Notes: a model not told the origin generated them from the letters alone. Counted from the first letter of the stretch, positions 36,895 through 47,469 are shown. The stretch is 64,000 nt of DNA from an uncultured virus (IMG/VR IMGVR_UViG_3300003320_000087) (IMGVR_UViG_3300003320_000087:62001-126000), one strand, 5' to 3'. Numbers and translations are program-made.

Positions 36895-37315
36895 GTCTAA
36901 GAAGTTTGGTGAAAACCCGGTGTTGACAAAGCGCCGGGTTTTTGCTTATACTAGAAAGCCAGGAGGGAAAATGAACTGGTGGTGTAAGAACTGTCATCTA
37001 TGTGGAAGGCCAAAGGAATGAAGTACCAAGAGGCTGTCAGAGTTTGGGGAGCAAAGAGACTTTCAACAGACAAGAGGCATGTTAACCCTGATGATGTCAT
37101 GGTATTCATGGACTTTGATGAAGGATTCGCGTGTTGCGGTGGAACCCAAGAAGGCTGTTATTGTTCTTATGCATATGGTCCTTCAGCAAATGTGGTAATT
37201 TCTGCCGGGAATTTGAGGGAGACCATCAATGTAGAAGACTTCAACTTTGTTGAAGTTGTAGGAGAAATTGTCAAGGCTGCCGATGGCATCTTGACAGACT
37301 AGGGCTTAGGCCCAT

Positions 37316-37390
37316 AACCCGGTAGCTCAGTTGGTTTAGAGCAGCTTCCTTTTAAGTTGCAGGTCGTGGGTTCAAGTCCCACTCGGGTTA
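37316..37390 (+). tRNA. tRNA-Lys(TTT), two T.T mismatches in the anticodon stem
   Basis: AACCCGG/TCGGGTT; GCTTC-CTTTTAA-GTTGC. Confidence 0.8.
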
Positions 37391-37460
37391 CTCTTGACAC
37401 AGACGTGTCAACTTTGTTAAAATACTTGTATGATGCAAATTGAACGAAAGGTAAAGACCT

Positions 37461-37694
37461 ATGCCTAATCTTGGTTACAAGGCGGCACACCGATTTGTCC
37501 GTGAGCAGCGTTCGCTTGGAAACAACGTTCGTTGGGATGGATGGGATATGGTGTTTTGGAAGCCAACGCGCCATGGCTTCAACAGTGTTAACGGAGCATT
37601 TCTTAACGGCCGATGGGGCGTTGAGAGCAGGATTTCCGTTGATACTGACGGTGTGTGGAAGGTCCCTAATAAGAATGTCAAGTCTTCTCGATGA
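37461..37694 (+). CDS. Hypothetical protein
   Basis: Promoter and SD upstream; Trp-rich. Confidence 0.55.
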   Translation: MPNLGYKAAHRFVREQRSLGNNVRWDGWDMVFWKPTRHGFNSVNGAFLNGRWGVESRISVDTDGVWKVPNKNVKSSR

Positions 37695-37989
37695 ATTTGG
37701 ACTAGACCCTGACGATTTTGAATGGCAAGACTTGGCCTTGTGTGCTAATATGCCTACATCATTCTTTTACGATAAATATGAGACTGATGAAGAAACGGCA
37801 AAGGCAACTGACCAAGTCTGCCTTCATTGTCCAGTAATGAAACGGTGTTTCTTTGCAGGTGCAGACGGAGAGCACGGTGTTTGGGGCGGGGTTTATTGGA
37901 ATGGTGCTGGAAATCCAGAAAAGAATAGAAACTCTCACAAAACCCAAGAAATTTGGGATGAGATTCAAAGTGTGGTGAAAAACACATGA
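37675..37989 (+). CDS. WhiB-family Fe-S transcriptional regulator
   Basis: WQDLALC...C..CPV...C...GVWGG. Confidence 0.85.
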   Translation: MSSLLDEFGLDPDDFEWQDLALCANMPTSFFYDKYETDEETAKATDQVCLHCPVMKRCFFAGADGEHGVWGGVYWNGAGNPEKNRNSHKTQEIWDEIQSVVKNT

Positions 37990-38240
37990 CAAAATACACC
38001 ACTGAGATTCAGAGAATCTTCAAGGGTTTTAAGCCACCTTATCCAAATTTTATTGTAGATATTGTTGAATTCAATGATTATCTCTCTTTGAGAGTGTATA
38101 AAGACAACATTGAGTCATTTAGTGAGTCGCAGAAAGTAGCACTTGCAGAATATCTCTACAGGGTTAGAGATGCTATTAGGTCCGAAGTCAACTGCCACAT
38201 TGAGGGAGTTACCAATGCACCACCTTCTAGAAGAAACTGA
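37986..38240 (+). CDS. Hypothetical protein
   Basis: ATGA-coupled ORF. Confidence 0.55.
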   Translation: MTKYTTEIQRIFKGFKPPYPNFIVDIVEFNDYLSLRVYKDNIESFSESQKVALAEYLYRVRDAIRSEVNCHIEGVTNAPPSRRN

Positions 38241-38676
38241 CCGAATGACCCGGATTCATATGATTGATGAGAATGTTCCGGGTTGGCTTATCCAAGAGAA
38301 CGCATTTTTTTCGCGGGTCGCGTATGACTACCTTGGACACCATTATGAAATTGACGTTCTCAATGATGATTACATTGTTGTAGAACAGATTGGATATGAA
38401 AGCGATTGAGCGAAGTAGTATGCTACTGTTGTGGGGAGCAGCGCCATGAACTACGTGCGCACAAATCAAAACTTATTGCCGACAAAAAGTATATGTTCTG
38501 TTCTAAGTGTAAGGCTGCTGGTCATGAGCCTCGCTATGTTCTGATTCTTGTGGCCAGGGCGGAAGGAACAAATTCTGTTGCAGAATTTATTAGAGGCGGA
38601 AAGTATTGTGGGCAGGCTATTCTTGGGCGCGAGATGATTCCCTGACAATTGAAAAACGGGCGGGTTTTCCCGTCAA

Positions 38677-38753
38677 CCCCGGTTAGCTTAACTGGCAAAA
38701 GCGGCGTAGTTATAATACGTTGGTTGTGGGTTCGAATCCCGCACTGGGGACCA
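38677..38753 (+). tRNA. tRNA-Ile(TAT)
   Basis: CCCCGGT/ACTGGGG-A-CCA; GCGTA-GTTATAA-TACGT. Confidence 0.8.
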
Positions 38754-38803
38754 TAATAAATACGTAATTGGACATTTAAGTATTGCCAAGTTATACTTTT
38801 AAT

Positions 38804-39232
38804 ATGTCCAGACTAGTGAAATACGCTAGGAGTGTGTCCGAAAAACCGACAGAAGCTATCGAAGCAATTGTTGCTTTGGCTGTATTTTTGGCGGGGCTTT
38901 GGTTCCTTACTCCATATTATAAGCCATCTTCGTCTGTTCAGTCTCAGATTTGGGAAAGCGCACATATTCCTCAATATACTGGTGCTGTACAGATGGTTGT
39001 AGCAGGTCTTTTGCTATTTGCTCTGGTCAGAAAAGGTTGGGCAAGAAGGCAAATGATTCGTCGTCAGGCGACATTTGCCATTTTCATTCTCTATCTCTTC
39101 TACGGACTTTCCTCAACTATGATTCTAGGTTTGGGGAGGGTTTCATGGATTGCTACATTTGCACTGGCACTCATTTCAGGCGTGGCACATCTAAGGTTGA
39201 AGTGGGAGGAGGGTAATCATGCCAGAGATTAG
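38804..39232 (+). CDS. Membrane protein (about 4 TM), possible holin-like
   Basis: Four hydrophobic segments; coupled to a TM+coiled-coil gene. Confidence 0.55.
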   Translation: MSRLVKYARSVSEKPTEAIEAIVALAVFLAGLWFLTPYYKPSSSVQSQIWESAHIPQYTGAVQMVVAGLLLFALVRKGWARRQMIRRQATFAIFILYLFYGLSSTMILGLGRVSWIATFALALISGVAHLRLKWEEGNHARD

Positions 39233-39518
39233 TCAGGCGTGGCTTGCCCTGCTTGGGGCTTTGCTAGGTGGTTCAGGACTTAAGTTTATTGAGCATTGGC
39301 TTAGCCGTTCAAAGATTCGTGATGATGCTGCCGCGCAAATGAGGACTGAGCTTCGTGAAGAAATTAAGGGGCTTAGGGAAGAATTGCGCACAGTTGAAGA
39401 TGAACTTGATAAGTGGCGAGGCAAGTACTATGAACTTATGGACGAATTCATGAAGGCAAAGGGAGACCTTGCCGAGGCTTTGCGCAATGCACAGAACAAG
39501 GCGAATGGACAACCTTGA
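39219..39518 (+). CDS. N-terminal TM plus coiled-coil protein
   Basis: LALLGALLGGSG then heptad repeats. Confidence 0.6.
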   Translation: MPEISQAWLALLGALLGGSGLKFIEHWLSRSKIRDDAAAQMRTELREEIKGLREELRTVEDELDKWRGKYYELMDEFMKAKGDLAEALRNAQNKANGQP

Positions 39519-39997
39519 CCAGTGCAAGCGAGCGGAGCGCTATATCTCCGCATCTAAGAAGGGAGGTGTAAGTTTTGGCATATTATCAGATTTCCGGGTT
39601 TTACTATGATGATGATACAGACAATGTCTTTATCTATATCACTAAGCCTGTAGAAGTAGGATATGAGCATGCATTTGATGCACAGCCCGTCGATATTTAT
39701 GAGGCTCAGATTTTCCTAGATGGTAACTCCACGCTTATTCAGAAGTGGCGTCCACCATCTGTTGATGGTGAGGTTCCGGGTGGTATCTATGGAAGAGAGG
39801 CAGACCCAAGCGGTAACGTAATTCTTCCGCTTGAAGATGCACCTGAGTGACGCTTGACAGACCATAATGGTTTTGCTAAGATAGAACATGCGAGAGGGAG
39901 AAAGACCCTCAACGTCTGTCAGTAGGCGGAGGCACTAGACAAGAGCTAGTCGCTTAAGATATACTGAATGGAGAAGAACCGCCACAAAGGGTTCTAT

Positions 39998-40069
39998 GCC
40001 GCCATCGTATAACGGCTAGTACGTTGGGTTCTCAGTCCAGAAGTCGGGGTTCGATTCCCCGTGGCGGTA
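39998..40069 (+). tRNA. tRNA-Glu(CTC)
   Basis: GCCGCCA/TGGCGGT; TTCTCAG loop. Confidence 0.85.
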
Positions 40070-40070
40070 C

Positions 40071-40229
40071 ATGGCTAAGGATAAGTACAAAGTTGGAGAT
40101 TCTGTCCGTGTTGGTTATGAAGGTAAGCGATATGGTGCTAGAGTCATGAAGATTACCGGCAATAAGGCAAGAGTTAAGCTTAATGAAGGTCCTCACGCCG
40201 GAAAAGAATTTGATGTAAACATTGATTAA
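40071..40229 (+). CDS. Small SH3/KOW-like protein (52 aa, not in ORF track), starts 2 nt after tRNA-Glu
   Basis: MAKDKYKVGDSVRV...GPHAGKEF. Confidence 0.6.
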   Translation: MAKDKYKVGDSVRVGYEGKRYGARVMKITGNKARVKLNEGPHAGKEFDVNID

Positions 40230-40246
40230 CCGCCCGTAAGGGCAAT

Positions 40247-40318
40247 GCCCCCATCGTCTATGGGTTAGGATTAGAGGCTTTCAATCTTTAGGAGCGGGTT
40301 CGAGTCCCGCTGGGGGTA
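40247..40318 (+). tRNA. tRNA-Glu(TTC)
   Basis: GCCCCCA/TGGGGGT; CTTTCAA loop. Confidence 0.88.
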
Positions 40319-40394
40319 CTTTGCAAGGTCATGTCTGACGCGCATGTTAAATACTGTCGAATTGGAGCTAGCCCAATTGAAAGTGCCTTGTTAT

Positions 40395-40467
40395 TCCGTA
40401 GTGGTGTAATGGCTGCACGTCTCCTTGCCAAGGAGAAGGCTTGCGAGTTCGATTCTCGTCTACGGGA
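40395..40467 (+). tRNA. tRNA-Gly(GCC)
   Basis: TCTCC-TTGCCAA-GGAGA. Confidence 0.85.
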
Positions 40468-40716
40468 CTTTCCGGCCGGATTCATAAAGAGTCCGGCATT
40501 TTTATTGGAGTAAATTATGATGCAGGTCACTCTTTGGAAGAAGGATAACGAACAGAGCGGTGTCTCTCTTTCGTATGTTGGTGATGAAGTTGTTCTAGAA
40601 TTTGACTATACTGGAAAGCCCACAGCTCATTACTTCGATACGAAGGCGGAAGCTATTGGGTTTATTATCAAGCAGGCTTATGCTCTGCTTTCTCTTGGAT
40701 ATGAGGTTTTTGCGGA

Positions 40717-41280
40717 ATGATTGTTAAGGGTTCTAAGGTTAAGATTAAGGACAATTACAGTGGTAACCTTTCCGATGTTATTGGAAAGGTCGGAACTGTG
40801 ATTGATGTTGAGACTCCTAGTGATGAAGCAATTGAGCGGCGTTTCCTTCTTGATATTGAGGGTGGCTATGTTCATGAGGCCAGTTACTACCCTGGTGGCA
40901 AGAGGTACTACACTGCTAAGGCCATTGTTCATCGTAGTGAGATTGAGGAATACTCTTATGAGATGAAGGATTGCAAGGGTGTTCTTCTTGAGATTGGTGA
41001 CAAGGTGGTGTATAGTGGTAACCGCCCCGGAATCATTGAGGGTGAGGTTGTTGACTTCAAGGACACTGAACACTCATGGTACAGTGGCACCCGTCAGGTC
41101 AATAAGGTTCAACTGAAGATTACTGGCAGTAATCGTCATAGTGATGGTGTTCGATACTTTGACAGTGAGACTTCTCGTCTTCAGTGGTTTGAGAACACTG
41201 ACCGAATGATGATTGTCCAGAAGGCTATTAAGCCGGGTGATGTTTTTGATATGCGCAATCTTCGTGTGCTAGACTGCTGA
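40717..41280 (+). CDS. Protein with tandem SH3-like repeats
   Basis: KGSKVKI...GKVGTVIDV and LEIGDKVVY...GEVVD. Confidence 0.55.
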   Translation: MIVKGSKVKIKDNYSGNLSDVIGKVGTVIDVETPSDEAIERRFLLDIEGGYVHEASYYPGGKRYYTAKAIVHRSEIEEYSYEMKDCKGVLLEIGDKVVYSGNRPGIIEGEVVDFKDTEHSWYSGTRQVNKVQLKITGSNRHSDGVRYFDSETSRLQWFENTDRMMIVQKAIKPGDVFDMRNLRVLDC

Positions 41281-41466
41281 TATGAAGAAAAAGCCAAAGC
41301 CAATCGGTGGCGGACACTACACAGTATGTCGAGAATGCAGAGGAACAGGCAAACGTCTTCTGACTAAGAAGGCAAATAATCGACGTGGGCAGGCCATTGT
41401 TGCTGAAGATTGCCCAGATTGCCGGGACGGGACTGGAAGCAGTCGTGGATGGATTGCAGTCCCGCG

Positions 41467-41495
41467 TTGACACTCCTGGTTGCCTGTGGTAGTAT
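41467..41495 (+). promoter_or_regulatory. Promoter for Y6 and tRNA-Gly
   Basis: TTGACA-N17-TAGTAT; similar promoters near 6457, 6895, 7727, 13485, 15265, 17154, 17945, 22057, 28544, 39854, 48286, 52268, 53645. Confidence 0.7.
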
Positions 41496-41499
41496 TTAA

Positions 41500-41572
41500 G
41501 TGTGGGTCGAAGAAGAACGGTTATCAAACTAATTATGGGTAAACACATCGTTCTTCGCTTTTATATCCACAC
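41500..41572 (+). ncRNA. Minimal Y-RNA-like ncRNA Y6
   Basis: GTGTGG-GTCGAA-GAAGAACG-GTTATC...CGTTCTTC-GCTTT-TATAT-CCACAC. Confidence 0.75.
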
Positions 41573-41574
41573 AT

Positions 41575-41645
41575 GCGGATGTAGCTTAATGGTAAAGCCT
41601 CTGCCTTCCAAGCAGATTACGCGGGTTCGATTCCCGTCATCCGCT
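41575..41645 (+). tRNA. tRNA-Gly(TCC)
   Basis: GCGGATG/CATCCGC, U73; TCTGC-CTTCCAA-GCAGA. Confidence 0.93.
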
Positions 41646-41691
41646 CTTTAGCCCCGGAAAAGTTCCGGGGCATTTTCATTTAGGAGAAGAA

Positions 41692-42273
41692 ATGGCCACT
41701 GGTTATACAAGCAAGCTTCATGATGGCGAGCAGTCATTCAGCGATTTCGTTCTTGATTGTGCTCGGGCTTTTGGTGCATATGTTCATCTTCGTGACAACC
41801 TGAATACAGTAACTCTTCAAATTGAAGACCGCACATCTACATATGCTGGTTATGTTGATAAGTCTCAGACTGCTTATGACAATTTCACTGCCCTTACCGA
41901 AGATGAGCAGCGGCAGCAGTACAACAAGTATGTTGCTGATATGACAAAGTATTACTCTGACCAGAAGGTTAAGGATGCTGAACTTGCTAAGCGGTATGGC
42001 GAAATGCTTGGTAGGGTTATTGCATGGAATGTTCCTAAGGAGCTTAACAACCTTAAGGAATTCATGAAGGAGCAGCTTGAGCGCAGCATTGAATTTGATT
42101 GCAAGACATATAATTTCAATGCGCCTACATTTGAAGAGTGGCTTGATGATAAGGTTAGCTATCTCGAAAGGTCACTCAGAAATGATGTAGAAAGTCTAGA
42201 GAAGGAAAAGAAGAGGATTACAGAAGCACGTGCTTGGCATGAGGCTCTTCTGAAGGCTGCTCAGCAGTTCTGA
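41692..42273 (+). CDS. Conserved phage-type hypothetical protein
   Basis: MATGYT...F.DFVLDCARAFGA..H.RD; LKEFM..QL..SI. Confidence 0.65.
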   Translation: MATGYTSKLHDGEQSFSDFVLDCARAFGAYVHLRDNLNTVTLQIEDRTSTYAGYVDKSQTAYDNFTALTEDEQRQQYNKYVADMTKYYSDQKVKDAELAKRYGEMLGRVIAWNVPKELNNLKEFMKEQLERSIEFDCKTYNFNAPTFEEWLDDKVSYLERSLRNDVESLEKEKKRITEARAWHEALLKAAQQF

Positions 42274-42546
42274 AAAATCCGGGCGGGTTGGCTTGACTCG
42301 CCTAAGCTGCTATAATATACTCATGGAAGAAACAGTTTCATACAGCTTTGCTGTACAAATCTATCGTAATGACGCAGGCACCTACACATATGGTGTCTTT
42401 CAGGAAATTGAATCTGAAGAAGAGGACGACCTACAGTTGCTAGAAGTTGGTGAAGCTGATACAATCAACGAAGCAGCAGAGATGGTTGGAAAAAGTTTGA
42501 AGACTCTATTTCCTGCGTGATTTTTGACCCTTTCGTAAAGGGTCTT

Positions 42547-42618
42547 TCCCCTATGGTCTAATGGCAGTGACGCGGGTTTTTGGTGCCTGAGGTGTTAGTT
42601 CGAGTCTAGCTGGGGGAG
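42547..42618 (+). tRNA. tRNA-Gln(TTG)
   Basis: TCCCCTA/TGGGGGA; TTTTGGT loop. Confidence 0.88.
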
Positions 42619-42639
42619 CTGTCTAAAAAGGAGAAAATA

Positions 42640-44100
42640 ATGCCTGATTGGGTAGTTACGGTAACAATCATCTACTATCTTGTGGCAGCCATTATGATGT
42701 TTATGCTCTTGTGTGGTATTGACAAGTATGATGGATTTATACCGAGGTACGGTATGTACCGAGGAGCTACATTGGAAATTGCAGTAAGACTTCTTATTGC
42801 GGCATTTTGGCTTCCATATGCTCTGTTCTTTTACATTCGCGGTCTGATTAGAGGAGACTGAAATGCTTTGGCTGCTTATCGTTTTTCTGGCCGGGTTTGC
42901 TATTATGATGGCTGCAATGGGTCCATGGATTTACCGAGCATTTAGGGAAAGCATCCATGACGGATTGCTGATTCTACTGTTTGCAATTATTCTTGGAACG
43001 CTCTTTGTTCCTCTGTCTGTTTTTGGCATCATTGCCATGATGTTCCCTAAGAAGGATTAAGATGGAAATTCTGTTCTGGGTTTGGGTTATTCCTGCCGCT
43101 GTATTTGCGATTATCCTTTCACTCATGGTGTTTTGCTTTGCTATGATGAATAGTCAGTCTGGTGACCAAGTTGGAGCATTTCTGACTCTTCTGCTGATTC
43201 CTGTTGTTATTGCTGGTTCATCAATTTGGCCGGTTTCCTTCCCGATTGTTTCTTATCTTGGATATCGAGATGAGAAGCGTATTAAGAAGGTTAATGCTGA
43301 ATGGCAGGCTAAGCACGGTCTATGAACAACCCGCCCGGAAACGGGCAAGCTTTGAAGGGAGATTGTTATGGGATGGGTGTTGCTGGTTGTCGTCTTGGTT
43401 GCACTGTGGTACCGTAGCAACTACAAAGGCGCAATAAAAATGTATGAGCATGAGAAAATGCTCAACAAACTAGCCCAAGGTGAAAATTACCGAAGGCTTG
43501 TGGGATTTACTCATAACGGTAGGAAGTATAAGGCCAGGGTTAGGCGCTGGGATGTTGACGAAGCCGGGCCGGATATGGCAGAGTTGTGGTGTATTGAAGG
43601 TTCTAATCCAGACGGATGGACCGAATATTTTTTGTGGAATAAGAAGGACTTGAAGTTCCTATGATATTCTTTATCATTGCATATACAGTGGTTGGAATGT
43701 ATGCAACTCTCCTTGCATGGGGTCTTGCGACTATTGATATCCGGAAGCGAGACATTTCTTTGCTTGGGGCAATTCGTTCTATTGCCATAGGAATTTTCTG
43801 GCTTCCTTGTTTGATAATCTGTCTAATTTGGGTTGGATGGGAATATCATACAAAGTAATAAACTGCCCGAAAGGGCAAGCTTTCATAACAGGAAGGTTGA
43901 CAATGGACATCCTTTTTAGCTTCTATATGGTTGGCGCAATTGTAATGCTCTGCTTTGTAATTCTATGTATGTTCCTTGCCGTAATGGGTGGGGAAATTCC
44001 ATGGAATTGGTTTGTGCAGGCTGTTCTTATCGCAGCAACTTGGCCAATCATGATTGCATGGGGATTGGCTGCTGTTGTCTGGAATAAGATTAGGAAGTAA
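42640..44100 (+). other. Cluster of small membrane proteins (42640-42861, 42863-43060, 43062-43325, 43368-43664, 43661-43858, 43903-44100)
   Basis: Each has 1-2 TM helices; five share a (F)W(L)P/FVP motif in the second helix. Confidence 0.65.
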
Positions 44101-44715
44101 ATGGATTTTAAAACTCTGCATGAATCAATTCCCTATGCAACTGGGGATAAACTTCATGTAATGGAAATGAAGCCTTATCCCAATATTACATTGTCAATGC
44201 CTGGACGGCATCAAAACGATACTGACCCTAAGGGCGGAGATTTTGTTGTCATGGTTGATGATGTAAATAAGGGTTGGGTGAAGCATCAGTTTACTCATGG
44301 TGACCTTTGGCATGACCTTGAAAAGAAGCTCTGGGCTCATGGTCCGGAGGCTAAGGAATTGATGAGAGATTATGCCAAGGTTGTCCGTGGTGCAGACCCT
44401 GAGTCTACTGGTTGGGATTTTGAGAACGGTCTTATTTCTGAGACGCTAGAGGAGTGGTGGGGGCATACGCTGTTGCCTCAGACATTTTTGTACGCTGTTC
44501 AGTGCCTAGCTGTGGCTGAACACCGCCGCTATTGGCCTCATGAGTGCAAGGGTGGCGGAAGGTACTTGCCAGCACGCTTCTCAATGGGTATCATCGAAGG
44601 AAAGTGGTCCGCCGAAGATGCTGAGAAGTTTCAATATCGTGGCAGACAGGGACTTGAGAATCTGATTAAGGAGAAGGGCAGGCCCACTCCGCTTAAGAAG
44701 TTCGCCGAAAGCTAA
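44101..44715 (+). CDS. Hypothetical protein
   Basis: 204-aa ORF abutting the upstream stop. Confidence 0.6.
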   Translation: MDFKTLHESIPYATGDKLHVMEMKPYPNITLSMPGRHQNDTDPKGGDFVVMVDDVNKGWVKHQFTHGDLWHDLEKKLWAHGPEAKELMRDYAKVVRGADPESTGWDFENGLISETLEEWWGHTLLPQTFLYAVQCLAVAEHRRYWPHECKGGGRYLPARFSMGIIEGKWSAEDAEKFQYRGRQGLENLIKEKGRPTPLKKFAES

Positions 44716-45194
44716 TTTTGGCGGGTTTACGGGACCTTTCGTAAAGGGCCCGAAGCTGATACAATGAAAGGCATGATGACACAGAATCCAAAGGCTACTG
44801 AGAAAACAGTTACCTTGACACTGAAGATTAAAGCGGATAACATGGCTGAGGTTTACGGCCGGATTGCAGAGATTGTAAAGTCTGCTGAGAATTCCGCAGA
44901 TGTTGTTTCAGTAGATGTAAGGGACGCAACCCCTAAGATTACTATTGGGGCAACGCGTGAAGCAACTTTCTGAAGAATTGGCCACCCACTTCCTTGCTAA
45001 AGATTATAAGTGGAAGTTCGATTATGGCTATGCCAATCCCGACGCTGATGACATTGAAAAGGCTCTTCAGAAAGCCGTGCTAATGTTGACAGAACACGAT
45101 GACAATACTCAACTTGAGGTTGGGCATCTGCTGTTTAAAAAGCGGACAGGTGTTATTGACGTGTTTGTTCATGCAGGAACAATTGGAGAAAATA

Positions 45195-45638
45195 ATGAAG
45201 ACAGCAACGTTTGAGTATACTGATAAGACCGACGTTGATAGCAGTCTTGCCACGACTGTATATTACAATTCTGGCAATGAGACGATGGCCATTGAGTTTC
45301 ACAATGGCGGGTCTGCAATTTACGGCAGCGTGCCCGAGGGATTTTACAAGGGATTTGTAACCCTTGAAAGCATCGGCGGAACGTACAACAGTTTCGTTAA
45401 GAAGACTTTCCCTAATGTAAGTGATGGGACTGTTTACGATGTAAACTATGTTGACGTCAATTCTAAGAAGCCAACTCATCGCTATATGGTGAAGGGTTAT
45501 GTACGCCACTTCGGTACATTTACGGCCGGAAGTGATGAAGAGGCACGTCAGCAGTTCCTTGACAGCCTTCATGATGATGGCTATGATGGTGCCGACCTTG
45601 CGGTAACGGAGGTGTACATTCTTGAGTCAGGTTCATAA
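45195..45638 (+). CDS. KTSC-domain protein
   Basis: VDSS....YY....M.IEFHNG...Y..VP...Y.......S.G..YN..VK. Confidence 0.75.
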   Translation: MKTATFEYTDKTDVDSSLATTVYYNSGNETMAIEFHNGGSAIYGSVPEGFYKGFVTLESIGGTYNSFVKKTFPNVSDGTVYDVNYVDVNSKKPTHRYMVKGYVRHFGTFTAGSDEEARQQFLDSLHDDGYDGADLAVTEVYILESGS

Positions 45639-45933
45639 TGCTCGGTCTATTGCTGAGCTAACGGAACTGATGAACAACAATGATGAACTTGTTGTTGATT
45701 TCAGTAAGTCAGTTGGTTGTGTTTACTGTACTAGGCTGAAGCCTCATTTTGAAAAGGCAGCCGCGAAGTCTGATAAGACTTTTGTGGTTGTTGACCTTCT
45801 TGAGGTTCCTGATGCCATTAATGCATATGGTATTCAGTCAGTCCCTACTGTTCTGCACTTTAAGGTAGGGGAACAGACTGCTGTTATTACTGGCCGAACA
45901 TCCGTCACAATCCTCAGGGAGCTTGGCGAATAA
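45622..45933 (+). CDS. Thioredoxin
   Basis: VVDF...GCVYC, YGIQSVPT..F..G. Confidence 0.85.
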   Translation: MSQVHNARSIAELTELMNNNDELVVDFSKSVGCVYCTRLKPHFEKAAAKSDKTFVVVDLLEVPDAINAYGIQSVPTVLHFKVGEQTAVITGRTSVTILRELGE

Positions 45934-46974
45934 TTCGGGGCGGGTGTAAAAACCCGCAAGCTTTCAATTTTAAAATTTAAAGGAGAATCAGATGCTTAAG
46001 GATTTGGACCTTCCTGCTCTTCCTGAGAATATGCGATGGAATTTTCGGCGGGTTGAGCTTGATTATGTACTTCCAGTACTTTCAATTCAATATCTTAAGA
46101 AGCCCCGCTTTGGTAAGGCTAGGTGGGAAGACCTTGATTCAGTTGCTCCTAGCAAGTCATTTGCCAATTACTCAACTGAGAATGCTATCCTTAAGGCAGC
46201 AAAGGTTCTCGTTGAACGAAATGGCCTTGACAAGGAATTCTTCAAGTACTTCGGCACCAAGCCCTAGAGTGGAGACAGAATGCTAAGTGATATTGACCTT
46301 CCTAAGCTTCCTCATGGATATCGATGGAGGCTGTGCAATAAGTATAATCCAACACTTTATCTTGAAGCCCACGTTGCATTCGGTCTATACAATTTTGTAG
46401 ATTCTGAACTTCTTGACAAGAGTCTTGAAGATGATGATGAAATTCGAAAGAATATTCTGAGTGCGGCAGAAAAGATAAAGTCTGATATGCATGGCTTGCT
46501 GTATCCGACAAAGAACAAGAAGTATTATAAGTACGAAGGGACTATTTAATGGGCAACTATGATTTGGTAATTGCTAAGGCTAAGGCTTTTCGCGGAGAGA
46601 CCTATGTGGGTCTTTTGAGAGAGATTGCCGATTTTGCAGAGGCTGTCAGTCACCGGGTGATTCTTGGTATAAATATCGAGGCGAATGCGGAAGATGATGA
46701 GTTTCCTCTGACAGCATATGTGATGTATGAAGATTGATACAATTGGGCTAGGGAGAAATCCCTGGCCCTTTTTGTATTTGAAAGGAAATTAATGAAGACG
46801 ATTCATTACTACTATGACAAGCTGGGATTTGAGGAAACTCATGAAGGCTCTGCACATAGTTGTATGATGAAGGGATGTGTGCGTGAGCGCAAGTATTATG
46901 CTAGCGTCCCCACAATAGACCCCGGACCGGATGTACCGGACCCGTGGATGTTCAACCGATATGCGGAGTAAAAA

Positions 46975-47469
46975 ATGCATGTAGTACCTAGATTTGATGG
47001 AGAGTACTTTTTCCTCAGCAACTTTTTTGAGGCTCCCACAATTTTTTCTATGAATGGTGAGGAGGTGTCCATGCCTACAGGAGAGCATGCCTTCCAGGCC
47101 GCCAAGTGTCACGCCATGCTTGACACAGCCAAGAGGAGGGAGTATGTTCTTTCGGTAGCCAACGCACCATCACCCGGTAAGGCAAAGTATCTTGGTCGTT
47201 CTGTCAAGATTGACACCCGTAAGTGGGATGATATCAAGGTCGAATGTATGCGAGAGGTTGTCTGGCAAAAGTTTTATCAGCACACTGACCTTCGCGGGGA
47301 ACTATGTATGACTGATGATGCAATGCTTGTGGAAGGAAATGACTGGGGCGATACTTTTTGGGGTCGCGTAGGTGGCAAGGGTTATAATAAGCTCGGTGTC
47401 ATTTTGATGGAAGTGCGTGGATTCTGGCTTTGGCAGGGTAGGCGCAATCAATTGGAGATGGGTTCATGA
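46975..47469 (+). CDS. NADAR (YbiA-like) family hydrolase
   Basis: FLSNF, TGEHAFQAAK, AK.LGR, KF.Q, LVE...D.FWG, G.NKLG.ILMEVR. Confidence 0.88.
   Translation: MHVVPRFDGEYFFLSNFFEAPTIFSMNGEEVSMPTGEHAFQAAKCHAMLDTAKRREYVLSVANAPSPGKAKYLGRSVKIDTRKWDDIKVECMREVVWQKFYQHTDLRGELCMTDDAMLVEGNDWGDTFWGRVGGKGYNKLGVILMEVRGFWLWQGRRNQLEMGS

Noticed and set aside
38804..39518. Firm holin/lysis cassette call
   Set aside because: Only topology supports it and no endolysin is adjacent in this window
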